A stretch of DNA of 64,000 nucleotides from a virus (lineage: Duplodnaviria > Caudoviricetes). The notes beneath the pieces are model-generated. The model made no database searches. It was not told the DNA's origin and saw nothing but the letters and a program-made list of their open reading frames with translations. The position numbers and the translations under genes were made by a program. The stretch's first letter is position 1; each line of letters starts with the position of its first letter. The stretch is from IMG/VR virus record IMGVR_UViG_3300037313_000492, positions 1,058 through 65,057 of that record; one strand, 5' to 3'. This document shows positions 46,722 through 56,698 of this stretch, piece after piece.

Positions 46722-47774
46722 ATGACTGAAACATCTACAGCACTGGCAACGCGCCAGGAGTTTTCACTGGAAGCCATTCAGACGATGGCTCAATCAGTGG
46801 CCAAAAGCGGCATGTTTGGCGTTCAGACAGAAGCTCAGGCGATGTCGCTTTTGATGATCGCGCACGCCGAGGGAATCCATCCCATGATGGCGGTTCGCCG
46901 TTATCATATTATCGAAGGAAAGCCATCGATGCGAGCAGACGCCATGCAAGGCGAGTTTGAGCAGCGCGGAGGCGTTATCATCTGGCATATACGAACAGAC
47001 GCCCGGTGCGCGGCTACATTTCTATCGGACGGCAAGCGCGACATGGAAAAGGCCATTGCTAGGGGCAGAGATCGCGCTATCGCAATCATGAAGGGAGACG
47101 AGGAAAAGGAAATCGAACTTTCTTACCCCGGAGAAGTGACCATCGTGCGAACCATCCAAGATGCGCAAGAAAAACGCATCTGCCTATCTTGGGATCGCGA
47201 CCGCAAGGAATGGAAGATGAAGGCAAACTGGAAGCAGTCTCCTCGTCAAATGCTTTCGGCTCGATGTATTACCGAGGGCGTTCGCGCAGTTAATCCCGCA
47301 ATCGTGGCGGGAATCTACTCCGACGACGAAATCGACCAGATCAATTCGCAAATCGAAGAAACCATCGCTACGGCGGATTTAATCCCCGGTGGGACAACCG
47401 AAGAAGCCCGAGAATTCATCAAGCGTGAGGCGGCTTATGAGGAGCGCGACCGGGCCCGTTTGATTGAGCAGGGAATCGACCCATCCATGAACGAATCAAT
47501 CACGCCAACAAAGAAGGCGAATGCCGAAGATGTTAAGCCGAAATCTTGGCGCGATATGTCTTGCGATTGCATCTCGGCGCTACAGGGAAAGAAGCTAGGT
47601 GACCTCAAGCCAAAGCAACTTATTCAAATCCGAGACAAGTGGCTGAAAGAGCGCATTGAATCGGATACGTATGACGGCCATCTCGATGACTTCAAGGCCG
47701 CTGTGGATCTAGGGATAGAGCATCATTCTCCCTGCTCTACAAACGCACGGGAGCCGATAACCGAACCGGCATGA
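46722..47774 (+). CDS. RecT/Bet-like ssDNA annealing recombinase
   Basis: A-x3-AKSGMF, G-x-HPM-x-A...HIIEGKPSM-x-ADAM, W-x2-SPRQML-x-ARC-x2-EG-x-R-x2-NP-x4-GIYS-x-DE. Confidence 0.75.
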   Translation: MTETSTALATRQEFSLEAIQTMAQSVAKSGMFGVQTEAQAMSLLMIAHAEGIHPMMAVRRYHIIEGKPSMRADAMQGEFEQRGGVIIWHIRTDARCAATFLSDGKRDMEKAIARGRDRAIAIMKGDEEKEIELSYPGEVTIVRTIQDAQEKRICLSWDRDRKEWKMKANWKQSPRQMLSARCITEGVRAVNPAIVAGIYSDDEIDQINSQIEETIATADLIPGGTTEEAREFIKREAAYEERDRARLIEQGIDPSMNESITPTKKANAEDVKPKSWRDMSCDCISALQGKKLGDLKPKQLIQIRDKWLKERIESDTYDGHLDDFKAAVDLGIEHHSPCSTNAREPITEPA

Positions 47775-48444
47775 CTTCGTTGTCCAGAATTACGAGCATG
47801 AAGCGTGATCCGTGTCCGTATTGCGGAGCCCCTTTTCGATATATCCGGAAGGGGCTCAATTACGCCTATTGGGAATGCCAGACATCCCAATCGCCAGAAG
47901 GTAAGTTTTACATGGGCCACGTTTGCGTAAGGCGTCAGCTCGATAAACTTAAACAGGAGAACGATGAACTTCTTGAGCGCATCCATAAGTACGAGAAAAA
48001 GAGGAAGAAGAAAAAGTGAAACGCACTCCGAAACGGAAAACGCCAATGAAGCGCGGGAGTAAGTTATGCTCTCATGCTTTGTCGCGTTCCACCCTAAATC
48101 GATCCTCTAAAAAGAACTCCGATCTTGATCGTCATTACGCCAAGATCAACAAAGCGTTTCAGGCTAGGCATAAAGGCCAGTTCTGCCCGATTGCCCTCGC
48201 AGTCTACGGTGAGTTTCTGCCAATCGAAGAGACGCATCACCAAGCTGGGCGCGAATCTTGGCTAAAGGTCTATGAGCCATTCTTTTTAGGGGTTTCCCGC
48301 AAAGGTCACAAATGGGCAACCGATAATGCGGCAAAGGCGATTGAGTTAGGATTCAGCATTCGTTTAACAGCCGATGAAGCTCACAGGTTGAAGACCGAAT
48401 TTCTGGACGCGAATCCAAAAATCAGAGAAATCGTGAAACGATGA
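47771..48444 (+). CDS. small Cys protein (47771-48019) and HNH-like protein (48016-48444)
   Basis: CPYC in the first; CP...ETHH-x2-GR...H-x-W motif in the second. Confidence 0.5.
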
Positions 48445-49394
48445 AGACATACGAGATACACCCACTCGCACAAATCCTACCGGAGATGCCGGACGCCGAA
48501 TATCAGCAGCTAAAGGCCAGCATCAAGGCGCATGGACTCAAAACCCCTATCCTGCTCTACGAGGGCAAGATTCTGGACGGCAGGCACCGATACAAGGCTT
48601 GCGTGGAAATCGGGATCAAGAACATCCCAACGGACAGATACATCGGCAAATGCCCCGCAATCCACGTCAAGGATCTGAACATCGAGCGCCGAAACCTTAC
48701 ACCGAAGCAGAGGGCCGAGGCCGCGCTAAAGCTGGACGCGGCTATTGTCGAGGAGTCGAAGATCAACGCCGAGGCGGACAGAAGCGCCAAGAGAGGCCGC
48801 AGGACGGGCAAGAAGTCCGTGGCGCTGGCGAAGGTGAGCGGGGCGTCATCGAAGACCATAGAGCGGGTGCATCGGGCGAATAAGGTTGTCCATGCACTGA
48901 AGAAGACAGCGGAAGAAGCGGAAGACCTAAGGACAAGAGACCAGCTTCAGGATTTCGTAAAGCGCATCGAAGTCGCCCCGAGCGCCAGGGCCAAGGAAGA
49001 GGCCGCAACCGAGGCTCAAGTGTTTCTCGCTCAGTCCTTCAATCAAGCGCCCCCGGACGCCCCAGAATTCACCGAGGAAACGAAACTTCACATCCGCAAG
49101 ATTGGCAAGCTGTGCGGAAAGAAGATGCAGGAGGATATTGAATCCGGCGTGCGTCGGTTCTCGCTCCATGAGATCGCAGAATGGGCAGATCAACTAGACA
49201 GCTACATCAGGCCTACTGGCCTGCTCATTAGCAGGGGATACAAGGCTAGGGCAGCCATCGCGCTACTCCACTCTTCCCCGTGCGATAAAACCCGGTTTAT
49301 CGACACTCTGCACCGCGCAATCGCCACAGGCGGGAAGCTTACCGGGAAATGCGATGGAATGGAATTCGAGCTAATCGCCAAAGATGCCAAGTGA
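48441..49394 (+). CDS. ParB/Srx-like N-terminal domain protein
   Basis: IHPLA-x2-LP-x-M...L-x2-SIKAHG...PI-x-LYEGKILDGRHRY-x-AC, N-x-ERRNLT. Confidence 0.85.
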   Translation: MKTYEIHPLAQILPEMPDAEYQQLKASIKAHGLKTPILLYEGKILDGRHRYKACVEIGIKNIPTDRYIGKCPAIHVKDLNIERRNLTPKQRAEAALKLDAAIVEESKINAEADRSAKRGRRTGKKSVALAKVSGASSKTIERVHRANKVVHALKKTAEEAEDLRTRDQLQDFVKRIEVAPSARAKEEAATEAQVFLAQSFNQAPPDAPEFTEETKLHIRKIGKLCGKKMQEDIESGVRRFSLHEIAEWADQLDSYIRPTGLLISRGYKARAAIALLHSSPCDKTRFIDTLHRAIATGGKLTGKCDGMEFELIAKDAK

Positions 49395-49662
49395 AACCTT
49401 AGAACTCCAATTCTTCCGGGTTCAGGGGTGTTCATTGGCCGATTTCAGCAACACCTATCAACTCTACCTTGTGGCCGCTGTGAGCAAAGCAGACGCGCAG
49501 CGGCTTCTGGAGCGCGTCACGGGGTTCCCTGCCGACTCATGGAAATCAGAGGTTAACCACGCCAACAATCAGGGCTGGGGCAACCAAGAGAAGATGATAG
49601 AGCCACAGCGCGGAGTCTGGGGAGCGAACAGCAAGAAGGAGAAGCCCGTGAAATTATTGTAG
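49384..49662 (+). CDS. hypothetical protein
   Basis: 92-aa coupled ORF. Confidence 0.5.
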   Translation: MPSETLELQFFRVQGCSLADFSNTYQLYLVAAVSKADAQRLLERVTGFPADSWKSEVNHANNQGWGNQEKMIEPQRGVWGANSKKEKPVKLL

Positions 49663-49669
49663 ATTTCGC

Positions 49670-49698
49670 TTGAACACCGCAACGGGATGCGATAGGTT
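49670..49698 (+). promoter_or_regulatory. promoter with operator, copy 4
   Basis: TTGAAC-17 nt-TAGGTT containing ACCGCAACGGGATGCGAT (49676-93). Confidence 0.7.
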
Positions 49699-49751
49699 CG
49701 CCACATCGCGAGGCAATGAGGCTGAGCGGGAAACTGAAACTCTTCTGACTT

Positions 49752-50654
49752 ATGACGCTTGCAGAATTTAAAAAGAACCACTTAGACGCTTACCACTACC
49801 TACAGGGAGCGGCTCAGTGCGACATTGAAGCACGGGAGGTTAGAGACGGCCTTTGGGACCGCCCGAAACGCGAGCGTTATATTTCGGAATGGCAATGCGG
49901 CAACGGAAAACGCAACATTGCACAATCACTTGATGAGCGCGGCGAAAGCTATTTTTGCAAGGCTATCGCTGAATGCGGTTTGGATGAATCTGTCATTTCG
50001 GAATTGTTTTGGGATTTGAAGATTGAAATAGCCGCTAAATGATCACGCTAAACCTTCATTATCTTTCCAAAGAAACTGCTGACTATATTTCGAATCAACT
50101 AGAGCAACTTGGGTTCGCAGTTGCTTATGAAGACAAGATGGATGAAATGCACGAGTCAGAACCAACCAAGTTTTCTCCACACGACTGGGAAGGTGGTTAT
50201 GAATACTTGGCTCTGCAAGCAGCGTTCAAAACCCACAAAATCAAACCCTAATCTCCGTCAGAAGAGAGCGGGGTTGGCATGATGCTGGCCCCGCGACTTC
50301 TAACCGCTCTCACTTATGAAAACTGTAAACGGCCCGATAACCACAAAGACAGGTTCAGTTACAATCTTATTTTTTCATCAGCCTTACGTGCTATCAATGA
50401 CACCGCTCTTCGCAGATGGTGATGTGTACTTTTCCGAGAATGATGGCACTGCGCTTAATAGCCTTGATTCGCTTCTCTCCATTCTTCCGAAGGATTCAAA
50501 ACTGGAGGGCAATAGCAGAACTGAATCGTGGGTTTCATGCTGGAACGACAATGCGCTGAAGGCTTTTGACGGTAGCCGCGTGAAGGTCGAGGTCACGCAG
50601 GTGTACGACGAGGAAAACGACGAACTTATCGAAACCAACCGCATTATCGACTAA
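49752..50654 (+). CDS. three small hypothetical genes (49752-50042, 50039-50251, 50316-50654)
   Basis: ORFs downstream of promoter copy 4. Confidence 0.55.
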
Positions 50655-50667
50655 TCTCCATCAGAGA

Positions 50668-50994
50668 GTGGGGGCTGCCATTGCTGGCTCCCGCGCAACT
50701 TTAATTCCCATGGGTCAACACCTTCCAATCCATCAGCCATCAGAGGAGATTCTGCACATCGGGCGATTACATTTCCTCATCAAGTCCGAATCCAGAAAAG
50801 GCATCTTCTACTCCGTAGACCTAGAAGACCAGCAATGCGAATGCGAGGCGTTCCAGATTCAGAAATTGCGCCCATGCAAGCACTATCGTAAAGCTATGGA
50901 GCATGTCATCGAAGCGGTTAACGAGTTCCGTCAAAGTGCCGGAGGGGTACATTCAGACGAGTCCGGGTTGCTGGAGCCATCCGTCAAGGGCTGA
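50668..50994 (+). CDS. SWIM zinc-finger protein
   Basis: Y-x-V-x5-C-x-C-x2-F-x6-PCKH motif. Confidence 0.7.
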   Translation: MGAAIAGSRATLIPMGQHLPIHQPSEEILHIGRLHFLIKSESRKGIFYSVDLEDQQCECEAFQIQKLRPCKHYRKAMEHVIEAVNEFRQSAGGVHSDESGLLEPSVKG

Positions 50995-51475
50995 TAAACC
51001 ACTTTCCACCCCGAGTCCGAAAGCCTCGCCACGTGCGCGTAAATCCGCTGGCGAGGTTTTTTCGTGTCCGATAGCGTCCAAGGAGCCGGAGATCACCCAG
51101 ACGTTTACAATCCATGGTGAACCGATGGGAAAGCCAAGGATGACCCGACGTGACAAATGGCAGAAGCGACCATGCGTGATGCGGTATCGGGAATGGGCTG
51201 ATAAAGCTCGCGACGCAGCACCTGAGAACCTGATTCAGAACCCGCTCCGAGTAGAGCTTGTTGCATTCCTTCCAATCCCCGGCTCGTGGCCCAAGAAAAA
51301 GCGCCAGGAGATGGCCGGTCAGTTTCACCGCCAGAAGCCCGATTCCGATAACCTCATGAAGTGCATTGATGCCCTATGGGATCAGGACTGCGGAATTGCC
51401 ATCGGATCAGTACGCAAGTTCTGGGATGACGGAAAAGGCCCCAGGATAGAGGTCACGGTTAGTATTGTGCCGTAG
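50903..51475 (+). CDS. rusA: RusA-like Holliday junction resolvase
   Basis: GEP-x-GKPRMTR, H-x-QKPD-x-DNL-x-K-x2-DAL-x3-D, K-x-W...PRIEV. Confidence 0.85.
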   Translation: MSSKRLTSSVKVPEGYIQTSPGCWSHPSRADKPLSTPSPKASPRARKSAGEVFSCPIASKEPEITQTFTIHGEPMGKPRMTRRDKWQKRPCVMRYREWADKARDAAPENLIQNPLRVELVAFLPIPGSWPKKKRQEMAGQFHRQKPDSDNLMKCIDALWDQDCGIAIGSVRKFWDDGKGPRIEVTVSIVP

Positions 51476-51759
51476 TCAGAATTTCCATTTGACTACGTTC
51501 GGGGTTTCCATTACCTGTCGTTCATCCTGAGTGAGACCAGGATAAAAATGCGACACAATGAAGAATATTTTCAAATCACCCCTTTTTTACCGGATCTCTA
51601 GCGCACGTGTCGCAGCGCAAAAAGCTCTCACCCGGTAGAGAAGGGGTGTCCTTCATTTTATGGAAACTCTCCCGATTCCTTTCGCGCCCCCGTCGCGAAA
51701 AAAGAAGCGCCGTTATCTGACGCGTAAACAAGGGCTTTTGCGATGGGAAAAGCTATGGC

Positions 51760-52665
51760 GTGATCTGGGCGGGAGAAGGGAGGTGCGAATCCGTGACATC
51801 TCCTAGTTTCCAATTCTACGCAGCCGACTATCTCTCGGATGAGAATGTCCAACTCATGACGCTGGAAGAAGAGGGAGCATACATTCGGCTCCTTTCGTTC
51901 TGCTGGCGTGAGGGGAGTATTCCGGCTGACGTAACCATGCTGCAACGTCTCTGTAAGGGTGCTTCGGAAATGGTTATAAGGGTGGTTACAAAATGCTTTA
52001 AGCGGCATCCTGAAAATGGTGAAAGATTGATCCATCCGAGGCTCGAAGAGGAGCGCGAAAAACAGAAAAAGTGGAAGGAAAAATCATCCGAAGGGGGTAG
52101 AAAATCAGCCGCAAAGCGTTGGGGATCAGAAGGAAGCGAAGAAAATAAGGGTGGTTACAAAATGGTGCAACCAAATGGTAACTCTTCTACTTCTTCTTCT
52201 AATATAATACCCCCTATAGTCCCCCAAGGGGGATGTGAGGGTGATTCGGATGATTCGAAACAGCAGAAACCATCGAAACCAGAAAAGGCTAAACGCGAGA
52301 AGCCGGAGCCAAGCGAGACGGGGTTAGCGTTCGCTGATTGGTTCAAAACCCAAATCCCGGACAGCTCAAACCTAACATCCACTTGGCGCGAAGACTGGGG
52401 GAGGTGCTACGATGAAATGATCAGGCTTGACGGTCGAACCAAGGAGCAAATATTCGCTGTTTGCCGGTTCGCTCGTGGCGATGAATCGTTCTGGAAACAG
52501 AATCTCTTGTCACCGCTGAAGCTTCGGAAGCGGAAAGATGGCGTGATGTATTTCGATCTGCTCTTGCAACGGGTGAAGACAAGCCATCCAAGCCCGCCAA
52601 CGATCAAGAAACTTCCAGGAGCAGAAATTTACGATCTCCCGCCACGGGAAGGAGAGGCAGCATGA
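51760..52665 (+). CDS. replication initiator (DUF1376/YdaU-like N-terminus)
   Basis: SFQFYAADYL-x-D...MTLEEEGAYIRLL-x2-CW-x2-G-x-IP; C-terminal DnaD-like FW-x2-N-x-LSP-x-KLR; directly upstream of dnaB; start likely GTG ~51793. Confidence 0.8.
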   Translation: MIWAGEGRCESVTSPSFQFYAADYLSDENVQLMTLEEEGAYIRLLSFCWREGSIPADVTMLQRLCKGASEMVIRVVTKCFKRHPENGERLIHPRLEEEREKQKKWKEKSSEGGRKSAAKRWGSEGSEENKGGYKMVQPNGNSSTSSSNIIPPIVPQGGCEGDSDDSKQQKPSKPEKAKREKPEPSETGLAFADWFKTQIPDSSNLTSTWREDWGRCYDEMIRLDGRTKEQIFAVCRFARGDESFWKQNLLSPLKLRKRKDGVMYFDLLLQRVKTSHPSPPTIKKLPGAEIYDLPPREGEAA

Positions 52666-53930
52666 GGGATGTTCCTAATTGCCAGAAATCGGAAGACGGG
52701 TTTATCGGTTGCGTACTTGCATCGAATGGCGACGTGCTAGACGAACATCCGGCTACGCTCGATCATTTCCTGAATCCTGCCAATCAGGTTTTGGCTGGAG
52801 TCTGCATTCAGCTTCATTCGGCAGGAGCGCCCGTGGACGCCTCCACCGTGACGCAAAAGCTCATTGACGGAGATTTGCTGAACAAAGCAGGAGGACCGGC
52901 CAGAATCGCTGAAATCTCGTTCGTGTCACATTCCACGGCTGGTTACTTCTACGGGATTCTGTGTGAGAAACTGATGCTTCGTCGGGCGATGGCCGTTTGC
53001 GAATGGGGATCGAGATCCGCAGTAGTAGTTCAGGAACCTTCGGAGTTCGTTGCCGACCTTCAGCGGAGAGTCTCGGAGATCGACACTACGGCGGACGCGG
53101 AGAACCTCGTGGATTCAGTAGTCGATGAGATTAACGAGAAGATGGATAAATGGGACAGGGGGATTTACGAATCCGGATTCCAGACCGGTATCGAGGCGTG
53201 GGATAGGGGATTCGGAGGGTTGTTCAAAGGCGAATACTACGCACTGGGAGGGCGTCCAGGAAGCGGAAAGAGCTGCATCATGGAGCAGATAATCACGCAG
53301 TACATTCTGCGAGATAAGCCGGTCGCGGTCTTTGAAAAAGACATGTCCCCCCGAAAGCTCATCGAGCGAATTGCTTGCCGAGAAGAAGGGGTTCCGTATT
53401 GGAAATTCGCCAGGGGAAGAGTCACTAGGGATGAAACCGCAAGGCTTCGGGAAATGCTTGCGGCGTTGAAAGAATCTCCTCTGTACCTCTACAACCCCGA
53501 AGGATTAACAGCCGAAAAGCTTTGCTCAATACTCAAACGGGCCAAGCGAATCCACAAGATCGAGGCCGGGTTTCTTGATCACATCCAGGTTTTAAAGGTC
53601 AAAGGCGACGATATGAGGGCAGGGCTTACGCAATCATCAACAATACTTCGATCATGCGTGACGGAACTGGATATTCCATTCCTCACGCTCTGCCATCTGA
53701 ACCGAAACGGAGCAAGCGGCAGGCCGAAGCCAGAAGACATAAAGGAATTCGATCAGCTCTACGGAGACGTGGATGGAATGGGGCTTCTTTGGTCAGAGAA
53801 AGAACCGGAACCCGGAGACATGGCAGAAATCAACATGTATATCGCCAAGAATCGAGACGGCGCGAAGATCGAAATACCGATGCTTTTCGACGGGGCAATG
53901 CTGACATTCAGGAACAAAGCGAAGGAATAA
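52662..53930 (+). CDS. dnaB: DnaB-like replicative helicase
   Basis: Walker A GGRPGSGKS, FEKDM, FLDHIQ, LCHLNR, P-x2-EDIKE...D-x-D, IAKNRDG. Confidence 0.92.
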   Translation: MRDVPNCQKSEDGFIGCVLASNGDVLDEHPATLDHFLNPANQVLAGVCIQLHSAGAPVDASTVTQKLIDGDLLNKAGGPARIAEISFVSHSTAGYFYGILCEKLMLRRAMAVCEWGSRSAVVVQEPSEFVADLQRRVSEIDTTADAENLVDSVVDEINEKMDKWDRGIYESGFQTGIEAWDRGFGGLFKGEYYALGGRPGSGKSCIMEQIITQYILRDKPVAVFEKDMSPRKLIERIACREEGVPYWKFARGRVTRDETARLREMLAALKESPLYLYNPEGLTAEKLCSILKRAKRIHKIEAGFLDHIQVLKVKGDDMRAGLTQSSTILRSCVTELDIPFLTLCHLNRNGASGRPKPEDIKEFDQLYGDVDGMGLLWSEKEPEPGDMAEINMYIAKNRDGAKIEIPMLFDGAMLTFRNKAKE

Positions 53931-53946
53931 AATCTCAAAACTTTAT

Positions 53947-54285
53947 TTGACGAATAAAGGAAAACCCTATACACGTTTTAGAGTCATGCAGCTTCAACCA
54001 TCAAAGAAACCCGTAGCCTTCAACTCAAAGGCAGTCATCCCAGAAAGGCTTTTGTGCCATACGTGGGTAGACAATCTATGGATCAACATCGCGGCCTTTT
54101 TCTTGCGCCGGGAACCGACCATATGCGTCATGCTGGAGGTTCGAGCATTGGTCAATCCTCCCAAAGTAGAACTGATCGAAATCACCGCTTGCGACGGAGA
54201 TATTGAAATCTCCGCGCACAAACTCCCAACCGAAATTCAAACCGCATTAAAAGAAGCCGCAATCCGCGCTTACTATGAAATTTAA
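53947..54285 (+). CDS. hypothetical protein
   Basis: 112-aa ORF; start may be ATG ~53986. Confidence 0.45.
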   Translation: MTNKGKPYTRFRVMQLQPSKKPVAFNSKAVIPERLLCHTWVDNLWINIAAFFLRREPTICVMLEVRALVNPPKVELIEITACDGDIEISAHKLPTEIQTALKEAAIRAYYEI

Positions 54286-55378
54286 CATCAACACCAAGGA
54301 AGCCCGGGACGTGGTGAATAACATGAACTCGGTAATCTCCACCAGGACCACGCTTCCGGAGGCGTCCTGCGTGCTTATCAAGGCTTGCAAGAAGCATGTG
54401 GAGTTCACTGCGACCGATCTGGATTCCCGCGCAAAGGTTGGGGTGATGGCGGAAGTTACCAAGGAAGGCGCGATTGCTATTTCCGCCTACATCCTTAGCC
54501 AAGCTCTATCAAAAGCCGCTACAGATACCGTAGAGTTCTCCGTTTCGGGCGACGAATTGACGATCATCTCCGGAAAATCCAAGTTCAAGATTTACGGCAT
54601 GGACGCGAAGGTGTTCCCGCCGGAATTCGAACTTCAAGGAAAGCCGGTCAAGATCGACTTCGACGGCTACAAATTCGCTGGATGGTGCGAGCGGCTTTTG
54701 CCATTCACGCCCAAGGGAACGGAGCGCCCGGAATTTCAGATGGTGTGCATCGATGCGGACGACGAGGGATGTTTGGTAATGTTCGTTACCAACGGCAAAA
54801 TTTCCGGAATGGTATCGACCGGCATCAAGACCAAGAGCATCAAGCGCGGAGAACGCAAAAATCTTCCTGCGACCACACTTCAAAAGTTCCTCAAGTTCTC
54901 GCCATCGGGCTCGATTCTGATCGAGATTTACGAAAACGCATGGCGTGCCATTTTCGAGAACGGCGAGTTCACAGCCAAGCAGGCAGAAACCAGCTACCCG
55001 GATTTCCAGAGCACTCTAAAGCAACTCGCGCACGATCAATACGACGAGTACGAGGTCTCCACCAAAGAACTCCGGAATGCCGTTTCAGTCGCCAGCGTTG
55101 CGGCGGATCAATACGCACAGATGATCTTATCCGTTGGAGGTGGAAAGCTATCCGCAAAAGCCACGTCGCACGCCAAGAGCGAAGCGGAATCAGAGATCGA
55201 ATGCGAGACCATCGCGGAGCCCAAAACCATCAAACTTTCATCCGCATTCTTTCAGGAGGCAGTAAAACGGGTTTCGGAAGATCGGCTATCCCTGAAGATC
55301 GGACACCCGGAAAAGCAACCCCTCGTTTTCGAGGACAAAGAACATCTAACCATCATCATGCCGATGCGCATGCAATAA
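54275..55378 (+). CDS. dnaN: DNA polymerase III beta sliding clamp
   Basis: 367 aa; ATDLD, FP, SYPDF, KI-x-LS-x2-FF-x-EAV, IIMPMR C-terminus. Confidence 0.9.
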   Translation: MKFNINTKEARDVVNNMNSVISTRTTLPEASCVLIKACKKHVEFTATDLDSRAKVGVMAEVTKEGAIAISAYILSQALSKAATDTVEFSVSGDELTIISGKSKFKIYGMDAKVFPPEFELQGKPVKIDFDGYKFAGWCERLLPFTPKGTERPEFQMVCIDADDEGCLVMFVTNGKISGMVSTGIKTKSIKRGERKNLPATTLQKFLKFSPSGSILIEIYENAWRAIFENGEFTAKQAETSYPDFQSTLKQLAHDQYDEYEVSTKELRNAVSVASVAADQYAQMILSVGGGKLSAKATSHAKSEAESEIECETIAEPKTIKLSSAFFQEAVKRVSEDRLSLKIGHPEKQPLVFEDKEHLTIIMPMRMQ

Positions 55379-55381
55379 CTC

Positions 55382-56697
55382 ATGAGCAAACTAATCAATC
55401 TCACCACCCCAGAACTTCGCAGCCATGTCAAAGAACTCGAAGCCAAACCAGAACGGACAACCATCGAAGAAGCCGCGCTCTTCGGATTCAACTGCGAATT
55501 GCTCAAAAGAAGCAGCGGCATCGTCGAAGACAGAGAACTCGCGAATCAACCAGGATTCGGCAATCTCGGAATTTGAAAGCTGCAAAAACGAAGTTCTTTC
55601 AATCCTCTGCGACTGCAATCACTGCCAGGGAACAGGGAAGCAGCTCAACTCATCAAAGATCGGAGAACGGCTCCGCTCAATCCGCAAGACAGCAGGTAAG
55701 AAAATGCGCCGGGTTGAAATCGCGATGGGATTAAATCGCGGTCACCTCTGGCTTCTGGAGCAAGGTAAAGTCGAGTGGACACGCGAGCGCATCAACACGT
55801 TCTTTAAGGCTTTAGCGTCCATGGACGCCACAACTCAACCGTGAAACACCGGCTCGCTATTATATAGCATGAAGGTTCCGTGTGTCCCATGCTGGCGAGA
55901 AAGAAAAAGCATGGGGGCATTGACCGATGTCGGCACCGAGCATGGATAACGGAACCATCGGGCAACCAAACCTCACTTAAACAAAACATGAGCAAGCAAC
56001 TATCCATCATTCCAGCAGTCGAGAAATCAGTGGTTCCAAAGCCGACAAAAACTGAAATCCTTCAGGCATTGGTTTCCGTAGCTATGAAGAATCAAGGCGA
56101 GGAAATCCGTTTTGCGGCAGAGAAAAAGCAAAAACTCAAGACAAGGGCCGAAGAGGCTATCAGGAAGCACTACGTCAAGATTTGCAAATCCACAGCGCCG
56201 ACAATCCATTTAGGGTATCTAGGATCGTCCAGCGAGAAGCCATGGGATTGCTATGCCAAAATCGAATTCGACAGCCTTCCAGATGATGTCAATAAAGTGG
56301 TTTTGGAATATCACAAGTTCAAGGTTCCAGGACGGCTATCGGAGGCCGAAATGCGCAGAAAGATCAAGGATTCGCTAGCAGGGGCTACGCCTCGATCTGA
56401 GCGCGTAAGCACGATGCTGAACTCTCCGGAAAGCGTAAAGGCGCTAGAAGAGATGCTGTCGGTTATGGGAATTTGCAGCAAGCCGCTGGAGGCGTAGCCG
56501 AAATGCAAATCCAAGAACTGCTGGAATCCTTCAAGAACGCCACGGAGCCGGAGCGGTTTAACCAGATCGCCGGTCAAATCGTGGAGATGCTTCCGACGCT
56601 TACAAAGGAAGAGCTTGTCCACCTTCTACGCAACCGAACCGGATACCACTGGATAGACAACGCCGCAATAGCCGAAGGAATCGCACGCATTCTGTAG
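55382..56697 (+). CDS. small genes: 55382-55576; XRE-like HTH (~55549-55844); ~55988-56497; 56503-56697
   Basis: the HTH has CNHC then LRSIRKTAG-x6-E-x2-MGLNRGHLWLLEQGK; the others are hypothetical. Confidence 0.55.
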
Positions 56698-56698
56698 A

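Noticed and set aside
50249-50680. Repeat CTAATCTCC(G/A)TCAGA at 50249 and 50651
   Set aside because: Only two short copies after stop codons; possibly recombination scars of gene cassettes, but the evidence is insufficient.
52175-52235. Iteron-type origin inside the initiator gene
   Set aside because: Position fits lambdoid origins (TCTTC runs, CCCCC/GGGGG inverted repeat), but I found no clear iteron repeats.
12403-53975. Second operator ATGGAAACCCC (12406; reverse near 51503; variant near 53957)
   Set aside because: Only 2-3 imperfect copies in mixed orientation; chance cannot be excluded without a motif statistic.
54682-55734. 350-aa alternative-frame ORF over dnaN
   Set aside because: Arg/Ser-rich shadow ORF entirely overlapping a confidently identified gene.
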